From Candidatus Yonathbacteria bacterium (lineage in GTDB: Bacteria > Patescibacteriota > Minisyncoccia > Phycocordibacterales > JACNGX01): a stretch of DNA of 64,000 bases. Within the stretch, counting starts at the first letter, position 1. The number at the start of each line of letters is the position of its first letter. The notes under the pieces are model-generated. The model saw only the letters and a program-made list of their open reading frames with translations. It ran no database searches and was not told the DNA's origin. Location: the NCBI GenBank assembly GCA_013334825.1, contig JAAXWR010000003.1:37167-101166 (forward strand), in the 5' to 3' direction. This document shows, piece after piece, positions 55,185-63,990 of this stretch. The translations under genes were made by a program, and so were the position numbers.

Positions 55185-55462
55185 AAGAAACCTCCTTTTA
55201 AAGGTTGATGAAACTGTACGCCGTCAGTAAGTCTGACAGCGTGAAGGAACAGGAGAATGTTATCATAGCACATACCATGGAGACGTCAACTATTTTTGTT
55301 TTCTTTCCATGTTGATGGATATACGTTTATTGATAAGAAATACGCATACGGTTCAGTATTGACCTTGTGTGTGGGCATGCTATCCTCTCTAAGGTTTTCT
55401 TTGATTATAAAAGACGTGAGAAGACTATTACACATGGATAAAAACTAAACAGGGGTATTGTC

Positions 55463-56599
55463 ATGCAAACATTAACGTTGCCTTTCTTGGGAGAACAGTT
55501 GAGAGTCGTTGACAGGACAATCGCACGTCTCCTGAGGAGGCGTATGGATATTACTGCACAGGTTGCCGACGTCAAAATGCGGGATGGAATTCCTTTTATA
55601 CGGCGTGAGGTCGAAGAAGATCGTCTCAACGATGTCAGGAAACTTGCGACACAGGAGGGCTTGGACCCGAACTTCCTCAGTACATTGCTGTATATGATTA
55701 TCGGTGAATCGTGCAAGGGACAGCTCGAACGTAGAGATGGTCCACCTACTGCAGTATTGTCTGACGAGGATGACACAGCAAGATACGAAGAACTCAAGAG
55801 ACATTTGCTCGAGCTTACGAATGCATGGGCACCATCGTATGATGGACATTACACGGATGGGTATTTCGCAACACGTGTGTATACCGCTTGGGAGCATGAA
55901 GCAATACAGGCGCATGCCGGAGATATGTTTCTCCCCCAAGGAGCACTCGTGGATCTTGGTTGTGCGACAGGGAGAATGTCTTTTTTACTCGCTGACACGA
56001 TATCCTTCACCTCAGTGGAGGGGTTTGATATCAGCCGAAACATGATTGCAAGCGCGCGGTCTTTGGCGAGAAGTTGTTCTTATGAGGCGAATTTTTGCAC
56101 TCATGATTTTGAGTTAGAAGGTATTCCTTGTCGTGATGAATCGGTTTCTTTTGTTGTCATGAATCTAGGCACAGGAAGTGACGTGAAGGATTTCTCTGGT
56201 GTGCTTATGGAAATTCGTCGCGTACTTATTCCTGGAGGGAGATTTGCTATCTCGTTTTATAATCGAGACGCACTTCTGTATCGGTGTGGATTCATGCCTT
56301 GGCCTACGGGCCTCACAGCTGAATTCAATACCATTACCAATACGCTTGATGTACGGTCGTGTGGTAAAGCATATACGATTTATGCACGACCGTACGGTGT
56401 TGCCGAAGTCCGAGGACTCTTTGATGATGAGTTACGGGTGATGCGTGCCGATACGTTCCCGTCGGTAAGTGCAATATTACCGACCGATGTTATTGAAGGG
56501 AAACCTGAGGCGGAGACAGCAATGACAGAGGTTGATAAGTTACTTACCTCTTCTGGTATGGGTGCGTACATTCTCGTCCTTGGAGAGAAAAAGAAATAA
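55463..56599 (+). CDS. Chorismate mutase (AroQ-type) domain fused to a class I SAM methyltransferase
   Basis: LRVVDRTIARLLRRRMDITAQVADVK...R.EVE...ESCKGQ; VDLGCATG, GFDIS..MI, EIRRVLIPGG. Confidence 0.82.
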   Translation: MQTLTLPFLGEQLRVVDRTIARLLRRRMDITAQVADVKMRDGIPFIRREVEEDRLNDVRKLATQEGLDPNFLSTLLYMIIGESCKGQLERRDGPPTAVLSDEDDTARYEELKRHLLELTNAWAPSYDGHYTDGYFATRVYTAWEHEAIQAHAGDMFLPQGALVDLGCATGRMSFLLADTISFTSVEGFDISRNMIASARSLARSCSYEANFCTHDFELEGIPCRDESVSFVVMNLGTGSDVKDFSGVLMEIRRVLIPGGRFAISFYNRDALLYRCGFMPWPTGLTAEFNTITNTLDVRSCGKAYTIYARPYGVAEVRGLFDDELRVMRADTFPSVSAILPTDVIEGKPEAETAMTEVDKLLTSSGMGAYILVLGEKKK

Positions 56600-56644
56600 A
56601 CAGACATATGCTCGCACATGACGTGCGAGCTTTTGATTTTTGTA

Positions 56645-57457
56645 TTAGATTGCTTGTATAAGACGCTCAACTTTTTCTCTTTGTATGCGTGCATGATAAG
56701 GTTTTACATTTATGGAATGTTTTCCAATATTTTCTTTGAGAGAAGTGCTTATAATGGCGCCATTCGCATATTTGAATAGATTATGGACGTTTTCTTCAGA
56801 AACGCCACTTCCGAGAAGAATTTGGGCATTTGGGAATTTCTCTCTGAGCAGCATAACTTCTTTCATATCAGGAGCGTCACCGGTCCATTTTCCAGTAATA
56901 ATGAGAGCATCTGAACCTTCACAAATAGCATTTTTTGCCGAAGTATATATATCATCGGTGGAAAGAATACGAGCATGTTTTACATGAATATCTGTAAAGA
57001 GTGCAATATCCTCTGCTCCCATTTCTTTTCTCAATGAAATTACTTCCTGAGAAACTCCATTGATGGTACCGTAATCTGTGTGTACCGTATCAACAAATAC
57101 AGGTATACGTATAAAATCAAGTTGAAGATGTTTCGCGATAGTAAGTGCTGTACGATAATCATTCCAAAGGACACTTATTCCAAGAGGAAGGTGTGTCGCA
57201 TTGCGTATAGAGGCCCCAATTGTTGTCATTACATCTGCTGTATGAGAAGAAACATAGGGAACATGGGGGATGTCGTAATTATTTTCAAAAATAATCCCTG
57301 TTACCCCACCTTCTTCTAATGCGGTGAGGTCAAGCAACGCATTTTTTATAGCAATATCGAAACCAGGAAACTCACGATGATCAGGAAGTGGTGGTAAATG
57401 AATTGCGCCTATAATAATATGTTGATTGGTTGAAAAAATCGAAGAAAGTGGAATCAT
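56645..57457 (-). CDS. BtpA/SgcQ family TIM-barrel protein
   Basis: IGAIHLPPLP, ENNYD.P, LWND, DIHVKH, ITG..TG, LGSGV...N. Confidence 0.9.
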   Translation of the reverse strand: MIPLSSIFSTNQHIIIGAIHLPPLPDHREFPGFDIAIKNALLDLTALEEGGVTGIIFENNYDIPHVPYVSSHTADVMTTIGASIRNATHLPLGISVLWNDYRTALTIAKHLQLDFIRIPVFVDTVHTDYGTINGVSQEVISLRKEMGAEDIALFTDIHVKHARILSTDDIYTSAKNAICEGSDALIITGKWTGDAPDMKEVMLLREKFPNAQILLGSGVSEENVHNLFKYANGAIISTSLKENIGKHSINVKPYHARIQREKVERLIQAI

Positions 57458-57500
57458 TCATTGAGTGTATCATTATTTTGAACATACAAAAAGGCGGTTA

Positions 57501-58655
57501 TTACCGCCTTTGTAACAATGTTTTCACTCGCGCAACTTTTCCACGCAATTCTCCTGATGCATGAATACGACGTGCGTCATCAAAACATTGAGGGAGTGAA
57601 ACATGGCTATTTTGTGCTAAATGCATAAGAAGCGCAGCGTTTGCGAGAACCATTTCAAGAGCTGGACCCGTAATTTCTCCGTAGAGAATTTTTTTAGAGA
57701 ATTCACCTTTTGACATTCCTTTTGGAGGGGAAATGTCTGCTGATGACACGGATTGAATACCAAAATCGTTCGCAGTGATCTCCTCAACAGTTATGTTGTC
57801 TCTCTCAAGTATCGCAACCTGAGAACCTTGCGGACAAATTGAAAGTTCATCCATACCACCTTGAGAAGAATATCCACGTATGAAAAAAGATTTTTCCACA
57901 ACAGTGATATTTTTTTTGTTGAGAATAGCGTATGCTTCCGCAACAATTTTTGGAGAGATGAGATGATTTACGCCGAGAATTCTTCTCGTGAGAACGACAG
58001 GGTTTGTAATCGGACCAATAATATCATTCATATGGGGCACATTTGCAAAGGAATGTGTTTGTTTATGAATAATCTTGTATCGTGTATCAAGGGCTTCTGT
58101 ATATCCGAAACACTCTTTTTCTAAACAATACAAAAGAGCATCGCGATTTGGAAACGTCTCAATACCAAGCATCTGCATGAAGTCAGAACTCCCGTGTTTT
58201 CCAGTATCGGCATTTGCAGGAGATCCGTGTTTGCACATGTGAATACCTGCGACAGAGGCGATAAGAGCTGCAATCGTGCTCACGTTTGCAGTAGGAGTTA
58301 TATCTCCACCCATACCACAATTATCCATGATCAGAGGAATGTGTGTGTTGATAGTTCCGTATTCTGATGTTGCGATATCAGATTTAAAAATGGCAGCACA
58401 GATACCAGCGATTTGCTCAGCGGCATTCATGGGAAGTCGATGATCATGAAAAAATAACCTTTCAGGATTTTTTTCCCATACATATGTTGCTTTTGTGTGT
58501 AATGCCGAAAGTGCGATGACACTCTGGATTTGAGCTTGTGTGTCTCCATTACATCCTTTTATTGCGTATTCACCAAGCGCGTATGCTTCTTCAAATGTGA
58601 GGGGGATATTTTGATACGCATGTCCTTTAAGGATATGTTTAATATCAATAGCCAT
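57501..58655 (-). CDS. Anthranilate phosphoribosyltransferase-like protein (TrpD family)
   Basis: DNCGMGGD..TANVST, KHGS......GSSD, GPITNP, GMDELS, VLANAA. Confidence 0.85.
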   Translation of the reverse strand: MAIDIKHILKGHAYQNIPLTFEEAYALGEYAIKGCNGDTQAQIQSVIALSALHTKATYVWEKNPERLFFHDHRLPMNAAEQIAGICAAIFKSDIATSEYGTINTHIPLIMDNCGMGGDITPTANVSTIAALIASVAGIHMCKHGSPANADTGKHGSSDFMQMLGIETFPNRDALLYCLEKECFGYTEALDTRYKIIHKQTHSFANVPHMNDIIGPITNPVVLTRRILGVNHLISPKIVAEAYAILNKKNITVVEKSFFIRGYSSQGGMDELSICPQGSQVAILERDNITVEEITANDFGIQSVSSADISPPKGMSKGEFSKKILYGEITGPALEMVLANAALLMHLAQNSHVSLPQCFDDARRIHASGELRGKVARVKTLLQRR

Positions 58656-58741
58656 AGTAAGATAATATTTTGTTTTTATGGAAGAACTTTTCTCATAGGA
58701 ACATATCAGAGGATGAGTATTGTGTCAATAAATACATTATG

Positions 58742-58774
58742 AACAAAAAAACGCCCAGCGGGCGTTTTTTTGTT
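58742..58774. terminator. Intrinsic terminator
   Basis: AAAAAAACGCCC-AGC-GGGCGTTTTTT. Confidence 0.8.
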
Positions 58775-58790
58775 TGTACGATGCTTGTTC

Positions 58791-61214
58791 TTATGCAATG
58801 TGTGTGGATGAGGTTGTCTTTTGCGCGAGGATTGCGGGTGAAAGTGTCAGTGTTGCACCCGGGGTGATAGTTCCCGCGATGATGCCATCAGCAATGTATT
58901 GTTCAATTGTTTGTTCAATGTAGCGTTTCATAGGACGTGCACCAAAACCAGGGTCATACCCTTCTTTGGCAACATGGACAATCATATCATCGGTATATGA
59001 TACAGTGAGACTCTTTTCCGTACGGAGACGTTCGGAAAGTCCACCAAGCATGATGCGCGCGATAGCGCGAAGTTCATCTTCGGAAAGTGGATGAAAGAGA
59101 ATAAGATCTGTAAAGCGGTTGAGGAATTCGGGGCGAAAGATGCCTGATGCAATGACGCTTTGGATGAACGTATCGCGTTCGCTCTCGAGGTCTTTCCCCT
59201 CTTTTGTCATATTCCAAATCATGTCAGAGCCAGCGTTGGACGTTGCAATGAAAAGAATATTTCTTGCATTGACGCGTTCGCCACGGACATCAGTGAAAAA
59301 TCCTTCATCAAGAATCTGTAAGAATAAATCATGTACGTCTTTGTTTGTCTTTTCAAATTCATCAAGGAGAAGAACGCCATAAGGGGTGTCGCGAAGCATG
59401 TCCGCGAGAATGCCAGATTGTCCGTTGGGAAAACCGATGAGACGAGAGAGTGCATCACCCGTGCGGTACTCGGACATATCAAGACGCATGAGCGCGTGTT
59501 CATCATGAAACATCGTACGTGCGAGTGCTTTTGCTGTTTCTGTTTTTCCAACACCTGTGGGGCCAAAGAAAAGAAATGAGCCGATTGGCTTACTAGCACT
59601 GCCGACACCGGCACGTGAGCGCCTAAGTGCGCGAGCAATTGCGTCGAGTGCTTGAGACTGCCCCACGACATGTTTTTTGAGTTCTGTTTCAAGATTGAGA
59701 AGTGTGTCTTTTTCTGCCTCTCCTATCGCTCCTGTGGGGATATCTGTTTTTTCAGAAACGAGTGTAAGAATAAGTGCGGGAGTGATGACGTGGTCACGTG
59801 ACGATTCCGCGCGTGCAGCAGCTTCGGCGAGGAGGTCGGTTGCAGTGTCTGTGGTGTTGTTGCCTGAAAAATATCGTTCTGCCGCACGTGCAGCTTCGTC
59901 TACCGCCGGGTAAGTAAAGAAAACTCCGTGTACGTGCTCAAGGGCTGATGCGTCACGTGTGAGAAGTGCAGTGAGTGTTGATGAGCCAGTATCTTTTACC
60001 GTAAGTACATCAAATCTGCGCGCGAACGCTTCTTCTCGTGTGATATCTTCACGATACCCTTTGGTGCTCGCGGTAGCAATGATGGGGAGTGATGTGTCAG
60101 CAAGAAATGGGTCAAGGATTGAAGTAATGTCAGTTCCTATGGTACGGGCGGAGGCAATAAAAGATGGCATGTGTTCAATTGCGAGAATAATATTTCCCGC
60201 GGTGCGTGCTTCTTGTAACAGTGAACGAAGTGTTTGTTCGAGAGTAGTTTTGTCTCCAGTCTTAGCAATGAGGAGATTGGCATCGAGTGCCATGAGTGTT
60301 CGTCCGCGGAGCCCTTCAGGCGCGCGTGTAGAAGAAAGAAGTCCTTGGAATTCTTGCAAGATGCTTTGTGTATCGTAGACACCGACAAGGAGTATGTTTG
60401 ATTCTTTTGCTTTTGAGAGAGTTGCTGTCATGCGGGCAAGAAGTGCAACAGACGCATCGTCTGTTGTTTCACGTCCAGCAAGTGGCGAGGCATAGGTATT
60501 GAGGAGGAATGTTTTTCCATAATGCCAATCCGTTCCCAGTCCTTGTATTGTGCTGAGATGTTCTTTTGTCCACCAACGGAGAGACTCAAGGCTACGTACG
60601 CGTTCGTCTGCATACCAACGCGCGGCACCGCGCAACAGTTCTTTTGTGATAGCATGATGCGCGAGGAATGCACTAAAGTCTTTGTCAGAAAGAAAGAGGT
60701 CTTCAGCAAATGCGTCAAGCATGTACCACGTCCCTGTATGACTCGGGTCGTTGAATATGACAGGTTGTGACCCTCGTGTAGCGAGAAAGTCCGCGATGTC
60801 TTGGGCGGGAATACCAAGTCGTGAACATATAACTTCTCCCGCGTGCGATGTTAAAAATGCACGAACCGTATCGTTTTTGTGAGAACGCTCTACAATGGTA
60901 AGTACTTCAAGACTCCAGATAGGGGTTGTGTTTTCGGAAAAAGATATATCACGCGTTCGAAAGTAAAGTGAACGAAAAAATAGCTCAAGACAGTATGCGA
61001 TGACTGATATCGAAAGAAAAAGAAGTGCCAAACCAAAAAACGTTTGTCCAAGGGAGATACTACGTAATCCGAGAGATGCGAGGAAAAGGAGAAGTGCACC
61101 ACCACCCGCTTCTTTATACAAAGCACGTCTTTGTGTGCCTGAAATCGCACGCTCGAGAATAACGAGTGGATACAGGTCACTTGAACGAATGTCTCTGGGA
61201 GAAAGTGTTGACAT
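58791..61214 (-). CDS. Membrane-anchored ClpA/ClpB-like AAA+ ATPase (degenerate first NBD)
   Basis: Two N-terminal TMs; NBD2 GPTGVGKT, RLDMSEY, LLDEFEK, FRPEFLNR, GARP; NBD1 P-loop replaced by LVGVYDTQ. Confidence 0.88.
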   Translation of the reverse strand: MSTLSPRDIRSSDLYPLVILERAISGTQRRALYKEAGGGALLLFLASLGLRSISLGQTFFGLALLFLSISVIAYCLELFFRSLYFRTRDISFSENTTPIWSLEVLTIVERSHKNDTVRAFLTSHAGEVICSRLGIPAQDIADFLATRGSQPVIFNDPSHTGTWYMLDAFAEDLFLSDKDFSAFLAHHAITKELLRGAARWYADERVRSLESLRWWTKEHLSTIQGLGTDWHYGKTFLLNTYASPLAGRETTDDASVALLARMTATLSKAKESNILLVGVYDTQSILQEFQGLLSSTRAPEGLRGRTLMALDANLLIAKTGDKTTLEQTLRSLLQEARTAGNIILAIEHMPSFIASARTIGTDITSILDPFLADTSLPIIATASTKGYREDITREEAFARRFDVLTVKDTGSSTLTALLTRDASALEHVHGVFFTYPAVDEAARAAERYFSGNNTTDTATDLLAEAAARAESSRDHVITPALILTLVSEKTDIPTGAIGEAEKDTLLNLETELKKHVVGQSQALDAIARALRRSRAGVGSASKPIGSFLFFGPTGVGKTETAKALARTMFHDEHALMRLDMSEYRTGDALSRLIGFPNGQSGILADMLRDTPYGVLLLDEFEKTNKDVHDLFLQILDEGFFTDVRGERVNARNILFIATSNAGSDMIWNMTKEGKDLESERDTFIQSVIASGIFRPEFLNRFTDLILFHPLSEDELRAIARIMLGGLSERLRTEKSLTVSYTDDMIVHVAKEGYDPGFGARPMKRYIEQTIEQYIADGIIAGTITPGATLTLSPAILAQKTTSSTHIA

Positions 61215-61217
61215 ACA

Positions 61218-61610
61218 TTAAGAAAAAAGAAGATATACACCTGATCCTATTATCCACGCAAGAAGGAGCGGAGCGAATATCCATACAATAAATGCGCATA
61301 CGTACAGAAGAGAGGAAATGAAAAGAGCAATAAGTCCGATGAAAATAAGTACTGTACGTGTGATCATGCCGATCGCGCGCATGAGCGTGTTGACGATGAA
61401 TGTTTCAATGAAATGGCCGATATCGACAATGGAAGGGTACGATTCTGCCATACGTTTCCAAGGAGAAAAGAATGTACGGATGAGTGTGCCGATTGAGAAG
61501 AAACGTCCAACAAACCAGACGAGTGTTGCGCCTGTTGTAGTAAGTTCAGTGAGTGCACGTGTATAGTGCCAGATAACGTATCTACCAAAGAAAGAGACAT
61601 GAGAAATCAT
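61218..61610 (-). CDS. Small membrane protein co-transcribed with the Clp-like ATPase
   Basis: WHY, FFSI..LIRTFFSPWKR; 3 bp from the next gene; TGCTATACT 6 nt before ATG. Confidence 0.8.
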   Translation of the reverse strand: MISHVSFFGRYVIWHYTRALTELTTTGATLVWFVGRFFSIGTLIRTFFSPWKRMAESYPSIVDIGHFIETFIVNTLMRAIGMITRTVLIFIGLIALFISSLLYVCAFIVWIFAPLLLAWIIGSGVYLLFS

Positions 61611-61634
61611 GTGTATAGTATAGCAGATGAGATA

Positions 61635-61687
61635 TGCGAGTTGCGAGTTGCGAGTTGCGAGTTGCGAGTTGCGAGTTGCGAGTTGCG
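61635..61687. repeat. (TGCGAGT)7 tandem repeat
   Basis: Seven exact copies plus TGCG, followed by TTAATAATTATG as at 12304-12335. Confidence 0.95.
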
Positions 61688-61735
61688 TTAATAATTATGG
61701 GGGAGTTTTAAAAGTCAAGTTTTGGTATAGAGAAG

Positions 61736-61768
61736 AAAAGGCGGGGGCGGGCTTCGCCCGCCCCCGCC
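61736..61768 (-). terminator. GC-rich hairpin/terminator
   Basis: GGCGGGGGCGGGC-GAA-GCCCGCCCCCGCC-TTTT on minus strand. Confidence 0.6.
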
Positions 61769-62031
61769 GTCGCCCATCGTCGTCATACCCGCCTACATCT
61801 TATCCCTCCCCTTTTTCTCTTGACTACCTTTCTCTGTCCCCCATCTCCTTCTTCTCCAACAGCATACCGTGTCATATATATATGTACATGTTACACACAT
61901 CTAGTGCGATTTTTCCCCACCACTAAGAATGTACCTATCAAACATTGAAATACTTGACTTTTTTGCATTTTTGGTGTATAAATAACAACAATCTATAGTT
62001 CTACTAAAACATAATAAAAGGAAAAATAACC

Positions 62032-63345
62032 ATGGACATGAAGATTATCGAATTGTTGATGTGGCCAGCAGTCATTCTTGGGTTGGGCATCATTCTCGTC
62101 TTTTCAAAGGAGATGAGAGACCTCCTTTTTAAAGGATTTTCAGCTTTCTGGAGGTATTACACCACCAGAACAAAAATGCTGGACCGTCTTGAAAGAGGGG
62201 TCTCTGAATTATGGAGGCGTTACCAAGAGAAAAAGAGGATACAAACTGAGGATGATGGTGACTCGGGACTTTCTATTAATGAACCGAGCCAAAGACAGCA
62301 GCAATTTCGTAGAGGTATTGCATGGGGAGCATTCTTTGGTGTCATCATTCTACTTCTTATTCTCGTTGGGGTCTTCTGGAAGGACACAAAAGTATTTGGA
62401 ATGCCGTTTAAGCCGGGGTTTCTCTTTCTGATACCTTTGTATTATTTTGTGAAGGTAACTTTAAAGCGTCCCGCTGTAGACGCGTTTCGCGTGTTGGTAA
62501 GAGTTCTTAACAAACCTTCATATGAGGTGTTTGGTCCGTACCCAGAATTTCCGGGCATCACCTCCGCGACACTTGTCTCCAGAAGACCCAAAGAGGCACA
62601 ACAGCCTGCAGATGAAGACAAGATTTATAGAGGAAATGGACCAAAACCTTCTGATCTGGACATGGTTGACCCTTACCGAATTATATTCCTTGGCAAGGAT
62701 GGATCGGAGGATATCTTAGAACAGCCAGGCACGTATGAGTTTACTGGTTTTTATATTTATCAGATAATAAATGCGTGGCGTTTTATCTATATGGTTGGCT
62801 CTGAAGAGGAATTGCAAACTCGTCTGAAGGATGTTCTCCCGACAGTTTTACAAGGGGCAGCATCTGAGAAAAAGACGATGAAAGAACTTATTAACAGTTG
62901 GAACATTGTTAATGATGACTTTCTCGATACCTTGAATCTTAGGGTAGAAGATTGGGGTATTGGCATTGGATTTGCAAAAATTCTTCCGCCTGATTATGGC
63001 TACCATATTAATCTTGCTTTGAAGCAGTTTTCCGCTGCAATCAAAGCATCTGAACAAAAAATTATGGAGAGAAGCGCAGAAGCAGAGGGTAATCGCCGGA
63101 TTGGCTTTGCTGGTGCAGACATTCAGGCAGCAGAAGTTGGAAGGGTCGCGAAGGCGTTTGAGGAATTCAAAAAGATTGGCATTGATCTAGAGGTGGCGAT
63201 GAAGATGATTACCATTCAGAAAGGTTTGGAGGGTTCAGATTATTCAATCCTTTCAGGTAGTGATCCAATTCTTAATGTTCTTGGTGCGGCGAGTGTGACA
63301 CCAGGTCTCAGAGAACTCATAATGAATAAGGAGAAAAAGTCATGA
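62032..63345 (+). CDS. Divergent SPFH/band-7-like membrane protein
   Basis: Three TMs, YIYQI.NAWRFI, WGIGI...I, AEAEG coiled coil; TTGACT-17-TATAAA promoter and SD. Confidence 0.65.
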   Translation: MDMKIIELLMWPAVILGLGIILVFSKEMRDLLFKGFSAFWRYYTTRTKMLDRLERGVSELWRRYQEKKRIQTEDDGDSGLSINEPSQRQQQFRRGIAWGAFFGVIILLLILVGVFWKDTKVFGMPFKPGFLFLIPLYYFVKVTLKRPAVDAFRVLVRVLNKPSYEVFGPYPEFPGITSATLVSRRPKEAQQPADEDKIYRGNGPKPSDLDMVDPYRIIFLGKDGSEDILEQPGTYEFTGFYIYQIINAWRFIYMVGSEEELQTRLKDVLPTVLQGAASEKKTMKELINSWNIVNDDFLDTLNLRVEDWGIGIGFAKILPPDYGYHINLALKQFSAAIKASEQKIMERSAEAEGNRRIGFAGADIQAAEVGRVAKAFEEFKKIGIDLEVAMKMITIQKGLEGSDYSILSGSDPILNVLGAASVTPGLRELIMNKEKKS

Positions 63346-63830
63346 GATTCGAGTACGTTATTACTGGTCTCCTGGGTGTATCTTGGATTTTTATTTTTGT
63401 AAAAAAATATTTTTCCCAAAGGAAACTATCTTCTGCTCCTGCTTCCGCTCCTGCACAACAGCCCCAGAGCACAAATCCTCCCCGCTGGCAGTTTTGGCGG
63501 GGATGGCGTTTGACGAATGGGCACATGAGAGGCGCGTGGGTAAGGAGTAGAGTGCGAATACGCGAAAGCGCACTCAACCTCTTTACCATCAGTATCATAG
63601 TGTGGTGTGTTTGGGAACTTTTTCCTGGCACACGTCATTTATATGCTGGGCGTCAAGGGTTTATCCTGGGGACACTCCTCGTTCTCATCGGACTTCTCGG
63701 AGTCGGATGGTTTCGGGGCGCATACGGGCAAGTGATGTGCCCGAAGAATTATTTGTTCCCAGTACTTTTTGTGCTGGCGATAATTCTTCTTGTTCTTTAT
63801 ATCCTTCCAAGGATTCAAGGTGGGACGTGA
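63342..63830 (+). CDS. Hypothetical membrane protein
   Basis: About four hydrophobic segments; ATGA overlap with the upstream gene; terminator-like GGGAC-GTGA-GTCCC..TTTTT at the end. Confidence 0.65.
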   Translation: MRFEYVITGLLGVSWIFIFVKKYFSQRKLSSAPASAPAQQPQSTNPPRWQFWRGWRLTNGHMRGAWVRSRVRIRESALNLFTISIIVWCVWELFPGTRHLYAGRQGFILGTLLVLIGLLGVGWFRGAYGQVMCPKNYLFPVLFVLAIILLVLYILPRIQGGT

Positions 63831-63936
63831 GTCCCGCCTTTTTGTTATGTCGAGACGGACAAACTCTATGTATTCACCAACAAAGATACAACAGAGAACC
63901 GCCCTTCTCTTTTCTGAAACTCAAAAGCTGTTTCAT

Positions 63937-63990
63937 TAGTTGTTCTACGAACCAAGAACTACGAACTAAGAACTGCCTTTCGTTTCTCGT
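63937..63990. repeat. (AGAACTA) heptamer repeat, inverted near-copy of 54009-54062
   Basis: TAGTTGTTCTACGAACCAAGAACTACGAACTAAGAACTG. Confidence 0.75.

Noticed and set aside
61635-61687. CRISPR array (also considered for 11195-11322 and 15250-15495)
   Set aside because: Short tandem units without unique spacers; no cas genes
61627-61926. 99-aa ORF with ASCELRV repeats
   Set aside because: A translation artefact of the heptamer tandem repeat
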